Below are positions 18,073 through 26,427 of a stretch of DNA of 36,800 nucleotides, in pieces. Source of the DNA: Nanobdellati archaeon (GTDB lineage Archaea > Nanobdellota > Nanobdellia > Woesearchaeales > JAADFO01); the NCBI GenBank assembly GCA_013152815.1, contig JAADFO010000028.1, positions 1 through 36,800 of the forward strand, given 5' to 3'. Within the stretch, counting starts at the first letter, position 1. Each line of letters begins with the position of its first letter. A model generated the notes under the pieces. The model was not told the DNA's origin and ran no database searches. It was given only the letters and a program-made list of their open reading frames with translations. The translations under genes and the position numbers were made by a program.

Positions 18073-18932
18073 ATCTTTCCCTCTTCGATGATCTCCTCAA
18101 AGCCGTTGAGCATGCTCAGGGTACTGTCTTTTCTGACCACCAACGCCCGCACGTCGGGTCGCCCATCAAGGAGAGACTTCCTCTCTTCATCCGATGTGGT
18201 GAACAGGGCGGTCGCATACACATCTGCCTCTTCGGCGGTGGGTGCCACCACGGTGACTGAGGTCGCGTCCTTCTGGTTGACGATATGAGACAGCCCGAAC
18301 TCTCCCACATATTGATGATAGTCTCCTGAGGTCGCGACAGCCTGGTCCTTCAGCCTGATGGAGCAGATGCTCTGTTCCTCCCGCGGATGCTGTATCCCCA
18401 GGACATGGACCTGTCCGCCCTTCACGCAGATATCTCCCCTTGCATCGATGAGAAAAGCGGTGATTCCCCTCTGCTGCAGCGCCTCTGCCAGCCTGTCAAC
18501 CATGTATCCTTTGGCGATGCTTCCCAGATCGACGAGGACGTCCGGATGGGTCAACGTCACCTCATCCCCTTCTATTCGGATATCCTCGTAGGAGCATCCC
18601 TGTTCTGCGCTCTCGCCCTTCTTGCGCAGGAGAATGATCCTTCCCAACGTTACATCATAGCTTCCCCGGGTCTTCCTGCTGAACAGCAGTGCCTTCTGCA
18701 GCACATCCAGCAGTTCTCCAGAGACCCTGGCCTTCCTGGCCTGGTTGAGCCTGGAGAGTTCGCTCCAGGGGTCATAGATGTTGAAGATCCTCTGCAGACG
18801 CAGAGCCTCCCTGTAGACGTCTTTCATCACTTCTTCAACCGGATGTTGAGATGCACCATAGACCAGAAAATCTATCTTTCCTCCGAAAAGCTCTTTGCTG
18901 ACGGTGATCGGCCCTGTTCTCGACAGTGTCAT
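18069..18932 (-). CDS. apbE: FAD:protein FMN transferase (ApbE family), no signal peptide
   Basis: SELSRLN, GSYDVTLG, DLGSIAKGYMVD, GIQHPR, ATSGDY, SHIVN, SVTVVAPTAEEADVYATAL. Confidence 0.92.
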   Translation of the reverse strand: MTLSRTGPITVSKELFGGKIDFLVYGASQHPVEEVMKDVYREALRLQRIFNIYDPWSELSRLNQARKARVSGELLDVLQKALLFSRKTRGSYDVTLGRIILLRKKGESAEQGCSYEDIRIEGDEVTLTHPDVLVDLGSIAKGYMVDRLAEALQQRGITAFLIDARGDICVKGGQVHVLGIQHPREEQSICSIRLKDQAVATSGDYHQYVGEFGLSHIVNQKDATSVTVVAPTAEEADVYATALFTTSDEERKSLLDGRPDVRALVVRKDSTLSMLNGFEEIIEEGKI

Positions 18933-18942
18933 CTCTCATCAT

Positions 18943-20679
18943 TCATCGAGAAACTTTCTTAAATCTTGTGGAACTGCCTTTCCTGAGCCTGCTCCCTGCC
19001 CGGTCCAGCGCGGCCATGCTCTCCTCGTGTTCTTTGATGAATGCGGCCACCTCGCCCCGGTGTCTCTCCTGCTCCTCCATCCCCCGGGTCACTGCCTGGT
19101 CGATGTTCTGGACGACCTTGCCGATCCGTGCATCCATGGTCTCTATGAATCCGAATGCGCTGTTGTTGAGGCGCTCCAGGAAATCGGACCGGATCCTGCC
19201 GGCGTTCATGTCCAGCTGCTGGGCGACATTCCCCTCGATTTGCTTCCAGAGCATCTTCCTGAAGGCGAACTTCGGCATCAGGAGCCTGAGCTCGTCGCCA
19301 AGAAGACGGAACATCTCATCTATCCTGTAATCCAGGGCGCTCTCCAGGGTGAAGACGTCCCCTGTCGGCAGATGCCCGATGTCTGTCTCGAAGAGGGTGG
19401 AAGAACGCTCCCTGATCCTCTCGATAAGACCGTTGGTCGTCTCGGAGAACCGTCTCACGATGTTCTCGAAACGTCCTCGGACCTTCTTCTCTTCCTCGGC
19501 TCTCCATGGTTCGAAGAACTCCTGCATCATCCCGAGGTACATCCTCTGGACGTGTTCCAGAAGCTGTCTGTTCGAAGACCCTGCCATCTTCCGGTAGGCC
19601 TTTCTCAGCTTCTCCAGCAAAGGTGCATGGTTCTTCTTCATGAATGCCCGGAGGTCTTCATCCAGCATCTCCATGATCCTTTCGATCTCTGCCCTGATGA
19701 GCGGTGCTGCGTCCTGCTGCTCCTCCCTGATCCTTCTCGCCGTCTCCCTGAACGCTTCACGTCTTCGTCCGGTCTCTTCAAGGGGCATCTGCGCCACCCT
19801 GATGCTGAGCGCATGGGCATTCCTCGCCTCTTCGACGATGCCCAGCAGACGCCTGTTCAGCGATTGCAGGAGTATCTCCCCTTTCTCTTCCAGGAAGAAG
19901 GCGGACAGGATATCCTTGAATCCTTCGATGTTGCTCGACGTTTTCTTCCCGTTGAGCGCGAGCTTCGCCGAGACCGGCGAGATGGCGACGGGTTCGCCGA
20001 GCTCCTTCTCCAGGGTCCTGCTGTTGAACCCGACGATCTCCTCCTGTTCTCCGGACGACAGATAGTCGATCTTGTTCAGCACGAAGAAGATCTTCGGGAC
20101 CTCTCTCTTCACCTCTTTGAGGAAGTCTATCTCGTTCTGGCTTACCGGCGGGTCTGCCGAGAGCAGGAAGATGGCTGCATCGATACGCTTCAGATACCCA
20201 TAGGTCATGGCCGTGTTATGGAGAAAGGTCGAGCCGATGCCGGGTGTGTCTATGAGGGAGATGCCTTCCTGGAGGTAGGGTGAAGGATGACCTATCTTAA
20301 CGAGCAATACCTGCTTCTGGTTCTTCGGGTTCTCCTTCTCGGTGATGTAGGCGTGAAGCTTATCGAGGGTGATGATCTTCTCGGTCCTGTCAAGGAAGAT
20401 GACCCGGATGTTCTCCTCTTCCGCATAGCTGATGATGGTGATGATCGATGTGAGCGGGACGATGGCCGTGGGAAGGAGCGCTTTTCCCAGCAGGGCGTTG
20501 ATGAAGGAGGTCTTCCCCCTCTTGAACTGTCCCACCACTGCCAGGTTGAACTTCCCTTTGCTGAGCTTGTCCTTGAGGGTGTCGAGTTCCTTTCTCTCCT
20601 CCGGACCGTCGACCAGCTTCCTGATGCGGTCTATCTGTTCCTCGACCAGCCTCGTCTGCATCCCGTATCGGTCGGTCAT
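18943..20679 (-). CDS. Bacterial-type dynamin-like GTPase
   Basis: G1 GQFKRGKT, G2 LPTAIVPLTS, G3 DTPG, G4 NKID, PVSAK, long helical C-terminal stalk; start at ATG 20679 coupled (ATGA) to the upstream stop. Confidence 0.9.
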   Translation of the reverse strand: MTDRYGMQTRLVEEQIDRIRKLVDGPEERKELDTLKDKLSKGKFNLAVVGQFKRGKTSFINALLGKALLPTAIVPLTSIITIISYAEEENIRVIFLDRTEKIITLDKLHAYITEKENPKNQKQVLLVKIGHPSPYLQEGISLIDTPGIGSTFLHNTAMTYGYLKRIDAAIFLLSADPPVSQNEIDFLKEVKREVPKIFFVLNKIDYLSSGEQEEIVGFNSRTLEKELGEPVAISPVSAKLALNGKKTSSNIEGFKDILSAFFLEEKGEILLQSLNRRLLGIVEEARNAHALSIRVAQMPLEETGRRREAFRETARRIREEQQDAAPLIRAEIERIMEMLDEDLRAFMKKNHAPLLEKLRKAYRKMAGSSNRQLLEHVQRMYLGMMQEFFEPWRAEEEKKVRGRFENIVRRFSETTNGLIERIRERSSTLFETDIGHLPTGDVFTLESALDYRIDEMFRLLGDELRLLMPKFAFRKMLWKQIEGNVAQQLDMNAGRIRSDFLERLNNSAFGFIETMDARIGKVVQNIDQAVTRGMEEQERHRGEVAAFIKEHEESMAALDRAGSRLRKGSSTRFKKVSR

Positions 20680-21509
20680 CCTGCTCGACGCTCCTCGCTG
20701 CCTTTTGTTGCTCCTTCCTTGTCGCTCAACCATTTCAGTATCCTTATCGCATGATAGGTCGATTCCAGCGTCGGTACCGTCGTGCTCTGCCTGCCGAAAC
20801 CGCCGTTCTTTGCCCTGCACCGTTCCACGAACCGGATACATGCCTGTTCCTTTTCCGGCCGTTGCCCCAGTTCGACGAGCGCTTCGACCGCAAGGCAGGT
20901 CTCTTCCAGAAAGGACGGCGCTCCCTTCTCGGTGAACGAGAATCCGCCATCATGCCCCTGGAACCGCTTGATGCGCCGGGCCATACTGGCCATGGCCATG
21001 CCATCATCCAGGATTCCCTGTCTCCTGTCGGCTATCGCTGCATAGCAAAGATCGCTGAGGAGATCCTCTTCTCCGGCGATGCCTGCGTCCTGGTTCTTGA
21101 AGCTTTGCTTTCTGAGGGAGCGCTTCAATGCCGGATCCTCGACGATGCTCAGGATCTTTGCTCGGTAATAGGCTGTCTGCGGTCCGATACGCTTCTTCCT
21201 TGACAGGTCTCTTGACAGGGCCATTGTCAGAGTCTCTGGCTCAGGCCATAGGGTATGCATCCGGTGTGTCCTGGCCAGATGCGCCAACCGGTAGAGCTGC
21301 TTCACCTGGCGAGTCTTCACTGAACGCAGGAAGTCCTCGGCATGATCTTCCATGCCCGATATCTCCAGCTCATGGGCTATCCGGAGGGCGAAATAGGTGT
21401 CCTCCAATGTGGCCGGCGCTTCATGGGCAAAGCTGAAGCCACCGTCCTTCTGCCTGCGCGCGAGGAGGAAGCGGCGGATGCTTGTCCTGTCTATGATGTC
21501 CTTACCCAT
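20676..21509 (-). CDS. Prenyltransferase/squalene-cyclase repeat (alpha/alpha barrel) protein
   Basis: Three repeats: RQKDGGFSF...TLEDTYFAL; FQGHDGGFSF...LEETCLAV; CRAKNGGFG...TLESTYHAI. AGGTGA RBS before ATG 21509. Confidence 0.82.
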   Translation of the reverse strand: MGKDIIDRTSIRRFLLARRQKDGGFSFAHEAPATLEDTYFALRIAHELEISGMEDHAEDFLRSVKTRQVKQLYRLAHLARTHRMHTLWPEPETLTMALSRDLSRKKRIGPQTAYYRAKILSIVEDPALKRSLRKQSFKNQDAGIAGEEDLLSDLCYAAIADRRQGILDDGMAMASMARRIKRFQGHDGGFSFTEKGAPSFLEETCLAVEALVELGQRPEKEQACIRFVERCRAKNGGFGRQSTTVPTLESTYHAIRILKWLSDKEGATKGSEERRAG

Positions 21510-21518
21510 GTCTGTCAC

Positions 21519-21956
21519 CTATCCGGATGGCTTCCCTCTGATGATCCTGCTGCTTGTTATCCTCTCGATGCCTTCAAAGATGTCTTGATATGCCTGTGCG
21601 CAGGCCATGATATCTTCTTTGCCTTCTCTCATCCTGTTCCCGTTGATGGCTGCATAGGCTTTCTGCATCCTCTTCTGGAGCAGGGAAAGGTCTGCATGAA
21701 TCCCGATGAATTCCGGCAGGGTCTTTCTCAGGAACTCTGTCCTGAAGAGGGCCATCTCCAGGAGGCTTTTGGCTTTCACCATGAGACCGAAGAAGGTGAA
21801 CTGGAAATATCTGAAGTGCTTTATCCGCGGGTTCAGATAGGCGAGGTCCAAGTTCTCGCAGATGTCTGAAAGGATGCCCAGAAGGTCATTGAGGCTGTTG
21901 CTCTTGATCAAGAGATCCAGCAGCTGTCCCTGGTCCTGTCTCCTGTTGCCCATCAT
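21519..21956 (-). CDS. Hypothetical all-helical protein
   Basis: ORF coupled (TGATG) to the upstream gene and abutting the RBS of the downstream gene. Confidence 0.65.
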   Translation of the reverse strand: MMGNRRQDQGQLLDLLIKSNSLNDLLGILSDICENLDLAYLNPRIKHFRYFQFTFFGLMVKAKSLLEMALFRTEFLRKTLPEFIGIHADLSLLQKRMQKAYAAINGNRMREGKEDIMACAQAYQDIFEGIERITSSRIIRGKPSG

Positions 21957-22228
21957 CACACCAACCGGAACATCACCTGGAAGATGATGACCACGATGGC
22001 TGTCATCGCCACTCCCATGATGGTCGCGTTCTTCACGCTCAGGGCGATCCTTTTCTGCCTCTCCATCTTGGGGAAGTGCAGATAGGTCTGAAGAAAGGTC
22101 ATGATCCCGATGATTGTTCCGCCAATCACTCCAAACGCCATCTCGATCAGATATGCCTGCACAGGCTTCACCCTTAAGAAGAAGTCATCAGCTGAAGCGG
22201 TTTTAGCGTGAGCCGAGGCGGACTTCAT
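21956..22228 (-). CDS. Small 2-TM membrane protein, first gene of the minus-strand run
   Basis: ATATATAAAG box at about 22255-22264 on the minus strand and ATG at 22228; two hydrophobic segments flank YLHFPKMERQKR. Confidence 0.65.
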   Translation of the reverse strand: MKSASAHAKTASADDFFLRVKPVQAYLIEMAFGVIGGTIIGIMTFLQTYLHFPKMERQKRIALSVKNATIMGVAMTAIVVIIFQVMFRLV

Positions 22229-22431
22229 CACCTTCCATCCCTGACTGGTGTCCGCTTTATATATTTTGCTTTCTTCAGGGTCAATATGGGCGCCTATGCC
22301 GCGGTCTCCTTTAGTCTTATTGTGATATTCCTTTCTCTTCTTAAAAGAATAGCTAAGATTTATAAAGAGTGACACAACTATGCCACCCAAATATTATTGA
22401 TTTGTGCTTTAAACACGGAGTGTGAAAAACA

Positions 22432-22593
22432 ATGGATTATGGCAGAGATGGTTTCAGAGGAAGCCAGGGCCCCAAAGAGATGCATAAGGCAGTCTGCGCC
22501 GATTGCGGCAATGAATGTGAAGTCCCTTTCAAGCCGTCAGGAGACAGGCCTGTCTACTGCAGAGACTGTTTCAGAAAACACAAGAAGTTTTAG
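22432..22593 (+). CDS. CxxC-x17-CxxC zinc-ribbon domain protein (53 aa; not in ORF track)
   Basis: Hand translation: MDYGRDGFRGSQGPKEMHKAVCADCGNECEVPFKPSGDRPVYCRDCFRKHKKF*; GGAGTGTGA RBS, TTTATAAA box at about 22359, T-tract downstream. Confidence 0.93.
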   Translation: MDYGRDGFRGSQGPKEMHKAVCADCGNECEVPFKPSGDRPVYCRDCFRKHKKF

Positions 22594-22619
22594 GATCATA
22601 TTTCTTGGTATGTCTCTGG

Positions 22620-22640
22620 TTTTTTGTTTTTTTTCTTTTC
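22620..22640 (+). terminator. Oligo-T archaeal terminator after the CxxC-x17-CxxC gene
   Basis: Near-pure T run about 27 nt after the stop codon. Confidence 0.6.
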
Positions 22641-22726
22641 TAGCCCGACCTTTTCAGAGATCATATCCCTCAAAGCAGATCGTTCTCCACAAGGTTTATA
22701 ATGACTGTCCGTCGCCCATCCATGCC

Positions 22727-23167
22727 ATGCTGAGCAGATATGTCGACTACACCCGGCTGAAAGAGGCCAACAGGAAAGCACTGAAGGGCCTGTGGAACAT
22801 GCTTCCTCTCCTCCTGGGTGTCCTGCTGCTCGTCAGCATGATGACCGTCCTCGTCCCCAGGTCAGCCTATGGCATCCTCTTCAACGGCAACCTCCTCTGG
22901 GATTCCATCATGGGAAGTCTTCTCGGAAGCATCCTCACAGGAAATCCGGTCACCAGCTACATCATCGGCGCCGGTTTCCTCGACAATGGCATCAGCATCA
23001 TCGCAGTCACCTCTTTTATCGCAGCCTGGACCACGGTGGGCTTCGTGCAGCTGCCCGTCGAATCCATGGTCCTGGGCAAGCGGTTCGCCCTCGCACGGAA
23101 TGTCAGCGCATTCCTCATGTCCATCATCGTCGGCATGGTGACTGCGCTCATCATTGGTGTGCTCTGA
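22727..23167 (+). CDS. Permease, DUF318/ArsP-like subunit 1
   Basis: ATG 22727 about 25 nt after AAGGTTTATAA; GSILTGNPVTSY, FIAAWTTVG..QLPVE...LGKRFALARN. Confidence 0.8.
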   Translation: MLSRYVDYTRLKEANRKALKGLWNMLPLLLGVLLLVSMMTVLVPRSAYGILFNGNLLWDSIMGSLLGSILTGNPVTSYIIGAGFLDNGISIIAVTSFIAAWTTVGFVQLPVESMVLGKRFALARNVSAFLMSIIVGMVTALIIGVL

Positions 23168-23219
23168 AGTACCCGTATGAAGTACTAGTATGAAGCACCC
23201 GTGCAATCATTGAACGCCC

Positions 23220-23753
23220 ATGGAAAAAAAGACACGATCCGGCTTGAAAAAGAACGGAAGAGGGTATTTCCTGCTGGCCAGCATCACCCTTTATCTCTTG
23301 ACATTCTTCTTCTCTCCTGACCGCATGATGCCCATACTTGAGTCCTATCTCAAGCTCATCCTGCAGATACTGCCCATCTTCATCATCGTCTATGCGTTCA
23401 TGGTCCTGATAGACTATCTTGTCACCGAGGACCTGCTCAAGCATATGATGGGAAAAGAAGCAGGCATCAGGGGTTGGTTCATCGCCATCGTGACCGGCAT
23501 CATCTCTGTCGGGCCGGTCTATGTATGGTATCCTCTGCTCAGGAACCTGCAGAAGCGCGGCATCAGGGTAAGGTTCCTCTCCACATTCCTCTACAATCGG
23601 GGCATCAAGCTCCAGTGGGCATCCCTGCTGATCCTCTATTTTGGATGGACCTATACCCTCGTCCTCCTGACGGTCATGGCCGTCTTCTCCATACCACAGG
23701 GACTCATCACCGAACGCTTCACCATGCTCTCGAAAAAGAAGGGCGCCTCCTGA
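23220..23753 (+). CDS. Permease, DUF318/ArsP-like subunit 2
   Basis: MGKEAGIRGW, GIISVGPVYVWYPLLRNL, FLYNRGIK; multiple TM segments. Confidence 0.8.
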   Translation: MEKKTRSGLKKNGRGYFLLASITLYLLTFFFSPDRMMPILESYLKLILQILPIFIIVYAFMVLIDYLVTEDLLKHMMGKEAGIRGWFIAIVTGIISVGPVYVWYPLLRNLQKRGIRVRFLSTFLYNRGIKLQWASLLILYFGWTYTLVLLTVMAVFSIPQGLITERFTMLSKKKGAS

Positions 23754-23779
23754 GAATGGATGTGTCCGTTGTGATGCTG

Positions 23780-23818
23780 AAAAAATGAAAAAAAAGAAAA
23801 ATAGGAAAAAAAGAAAAA
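23780..23818 (-). terminator. Oligo-T terminator downstream of the cold-shock gene
   Basis: A-runs on the + strand (T-runs on the - strand) about 30 nt past the csp stop. Confidence 0.55.
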
Positions 23819-23848
23819 GGGTTGTGGACCCGAAATCATGAAGTAGGA

Positions 23849-24040
23849 TCACTCCTTCTTGACCTTGACCGCTTTCGGACCTCTGTCTCCTTGTTCTCCT
23901 TCGAACTCGACAGCGTCGTTCTCGTCCAGCGATGTGCCTTCCTGCAGTTCAGACTGGTGCACAAAATATTCTTTGCCGTCTTCTCCAGCGATGAAGCCAA
24001 ATCCCTTCATGTTGTTGAAGAATTTAACTGTTCCTTTCAT
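23849..24040 (-). CDS. csp: Cold-shock domain protein
   Basis: MKGTVKFFN..KGFGFI (RNP1), YFVHQS (RNP2), GDRGPKAVKV; GGAGGTGA RBS. Confidence 0.96.
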   Translation of the reverse strand: MKGTVKFFNNMKGFGFIAGEDGKEYFVHQSELQEGTSLDENDAVEFEGEQGDRGPKAVKVKKE

Positions 24041-24224
24041 GTTCTCACCTCCTTCCGTTCATTCTGTGATTTGTCTTTTGGTTGACCATAAAATCATGTT
24101 CCTGGTGGTTTCTTGGTTCTTATCAGCATTCATCAGAAATAGTCAATCTTGCCTGGTACATTGTCCTGTTGTACGAAAAGAGTGAAAGCATCCTGATTCT
24201 TAGACAGGGAAGTGGAACTCCCTT

Positions 24225-24248
24225 TTTAAATGCTTCTGTTTCTGAGGC
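24225..24248 (-). promoter_or_regulatory. Putative BRE-TATA promoter of csp
   Basis: GCCTCAGAAACAGAAGCATTTAAA on the minus strand; near-identical to the element upstream of fur. Confidence 0.5.
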
Positions 24249-24392
24249 GTTCTGGCCGTTCCTGGCGGGAAGGGCTGATGAAATCCTGCAAGAATGTGCC
24301 CGATACATGACCTACTCCATCGACGATGCTCAGCAACAAGTTGCTGGCACCAAAGGGAACCGTATACGTTGCATACGAACCCCGTCGATCAC

Positions 24393-24397
24393 NNNNN
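24393..24397. other. Assembly gap (5 N)
   Basis: nnnnn in the sequence. Confidence 1.
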
Positions 24398-24543
24398 GTC
24401 TGGCCAGCCATCATTGTCCTCCTTTCAGTCGGAAATGCTGACATTGATGGCGCAGACGATCATGCATCTGGCAAAAAAGCAGAGGATTTCATAATGGCCA
24501 CGGGAAGATAAAGTTTATAAGCTCTTCAGGTTCCTATGTCGGG

Positions 24544-25797
24544 ATGCTTTCCCGGAAGAAGAACAACAATGTCATCTATGAGCTTCTGTCATCTCCACGG
24601 AAGAGGCTCTCTCATTTTCGGGATGTGCCGGCGAACAAGCAGGGGTTCATCCTGCTGAGCCTCTCCAAGAAGCTGCAGATAGAGGTCATGCACGCGCTCA
24701 AGATAACAGAGGTCGTCAGGCTCATAGAATATCTCGACCCTGATGAGGCCACCGACCTGCTCCAGAGCCTCTCTGCTGCGAGGAGGAAGCGGATCCTCAA
24801 ACGTCTCAGCAAGAGCATCAAGGAGAAGGTGGAGTTCCTCCTGCGTTTCGACCCCAGGACAGCGGCAGGTCTCATGAGCCTGGATTACATCGAGGTCAGC
24901 CAGCACATCAACTTCGAGCATCTCTCCCGCATCGTCCGTAAGCATGAACAGAAAGGCGGGAAGATACCGACCATCCTCATCGTCGAGGACGGGTTCCTCC
25001 TGGGAGAGCTGCCGCTCTATAGCCTCGCCCTCGCCAGACGGAACGAGCGCATCAGGAACTACATCGAGAAGGTCCCTTCCATCAGATACGACGTGGATGA
25101 GACCGAGGTCATCTCCCTCTTCCGCAAACACCCCCACAACAAGGTCGTGGTCCTGGACGAGGACAACAGCATCATGGGCATCATCTACTCCGATGACGTG
25201 CTCAAGCTCATCGAGAAACGGTCGGCCACCCATCTCCGTGACTTTGCCGGTATCAGGCAGGAAGAGGACGTCCTGGACTCTGCCCTGATGAAGGTGAAGT
25301 ACCGCTACAAGTGGTTGATCATCAACCTGGCGACTGCATTCCTCGCCGCTTCGGTCGTGAGTCTCTTCCAGAAGACCATCTCGTCCTTCGTGCTCCTCGC
25401 AGTCTACATGCCCATCGTCGCCGGCATGGGAGGCAATGCAGGGACCCAGACCCTCGCGGTGATGGTAAGAGGGATGACCCTGAAGGAGATCAACAGGAAG
25501 ACCGCCAGGAAAGTCATCCTGAACGAGGTCATCGCAGGCGGAACGAACGGTCTGATCAACGGCATCCTGGTGGCGGCTGTCGCTGTCCTCTGGAACAAGA
25601 ATCCCCTGCTCGGCCTCATCATCGGCATGGCCATGATCATCAACCTCGTCATCGCAGGATTCTTCGGAGCCGTCACTCCGCTCATCATGAGAAAGTTCGG
25701 GAAAGACCCTGCATCCTCTGCGACCATCTTCATCACGACAGCGACCGATGTCTTCGGCTTCTTCGTCTTCCTGGGGCTGGCGACCATCATGCTGTGA
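24544..25797 (+). CDS. mgtE: Magnesium transporter MgtE
   Basis: LDPDEATDLL, TAAGLM, CBS pair, RYKWLIINL, MPIVAGMGGNAGTQ, DPASSATIFITTATDVFG. Confidence 0.95.
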   Translation: MLSRKKNNNVIYELLSSPRKRLSHFRDVPANKQGFILLSLSKKLQIEVMHALKITEVVRLIEYLDPDEATDLLQSLSAARRKRILKRLSKSIKEKVEFLLRFDPRTAAGLMSLDYIEVSQHINFEHLSRIVRKHEQKGGKIPTILIVEDGFLLGELPLYSLALARRNERIRNYIEKVPSIRYDVDETEVISLFRKHPHNKVVVLDEDNSIMGIIYSDDVLKLIEKRSATHLRDFAGIRQEEDVLDSALMKVKYRYKWLIINLATAFLAASVVSLFQKTISSFVLLAVYMPIVAGMGGNAGTQTLAVMVRGMTLKEINRKTARKVILNEVIAGGTNGLINGILVAAVAVLWNKNPLLGLIIGMAMIINLVIAGFFGAVTPLIMRKFGKDPASSATIFITTATDVFGFFVFLGLATIML

Positions 25798-25868
25798 CTG
25801 CTGTGAATGTTGTGAGTGTCCTCGGGAGCAGAAGGGCCTGGAAGAAAGGGCTCGGGGTCTGAGGCTGA

Positions 25869-26291
25869 TCAGGTTGGTGTCTCCCGGCTTTCCTCCACCT
25901 CCAGCACCAGGACTTCTTTCCCCCGCTGCTCTGCCTGTTCTGTCAGCTGCTCGATGCGTGCCATGATAAGCTGTTGTTCATCTTTCCTTCCGGTCTCCTG
26001 TTCCAGGAGGTCTCTGAACGGTGATATGAGCAGGATGTCGTATCCCTGGTGCTGTTCGTTGCCTTCCCACGTCTCCAGCTGGCCTATCAGTTCATCGACG
26101 CGTCCGATCTTTTCTATGAACAGGCTGTCCACAAGGAACGGAAGATCCTTCTCATGGAAGAGGTATGATGATCTGTTGTCAGAGCAGTCCAGGAAGAGCG
26201 TCCGTTTCTTCTGGAGGATCTTCGCGGTGATGGTGTCTGCAAGAAGGGTGTCACAGGCTTTCCTGTCCTTGGCTTTGAGTGTCGTTGCCAT
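25869..26291 (-). CDS. Hypothetical protein, possibly a degenerate RecA-like fold without Walker A
   Basis: RTLFLDC...SLFIEKI...DILLIS...EVLVL strand pattern; no P-loop. Confidence 0.55.
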   Translation of the reverse strand: MATTLKAKDRKACDTLLADTITAKILQKKRTLFLDCSDNRSSYLFHEKDLPFLVDSLFIEKIGRVDELIGQLETWEGNEQHQGYDILLISPFRDLLEQETGRKDEQQLIMARIEQLTEQAEQRGKEVLVLEVEESRETPT

Positions 26292-26427
26292 GGATGTATG
26301 ACCTGGGGCGAGCAATAAATATGCTGTGGGCAGATGTCTAGTGGGGTGTGCCCTGAAGACCGTGTTCCTTGTTCCCTGTCAGGCCGGTCGCGAACAATTT
26401 ATATATCTCGATGACCCCGGAAACTCC

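Noticed and set aside
18895..20283. 462-aa plus-strand ORF
   Set aside because: Antisense shadow of the dynamin gene, which has clear motifs. It has no recognisable features and is explained by codon bias.
22397..22726. 110-aa N-terminal extension of the first permease
   Set aside because: It overlaps the real CxxC-x17-CxxC gene in another frame, its terminator and the permease's own TATA box.
24082..24511. Short ORFs spanning the N gap
   Set aside because: No recognisable motifs, mutually overlapping and interrupted by ambiguous bases.
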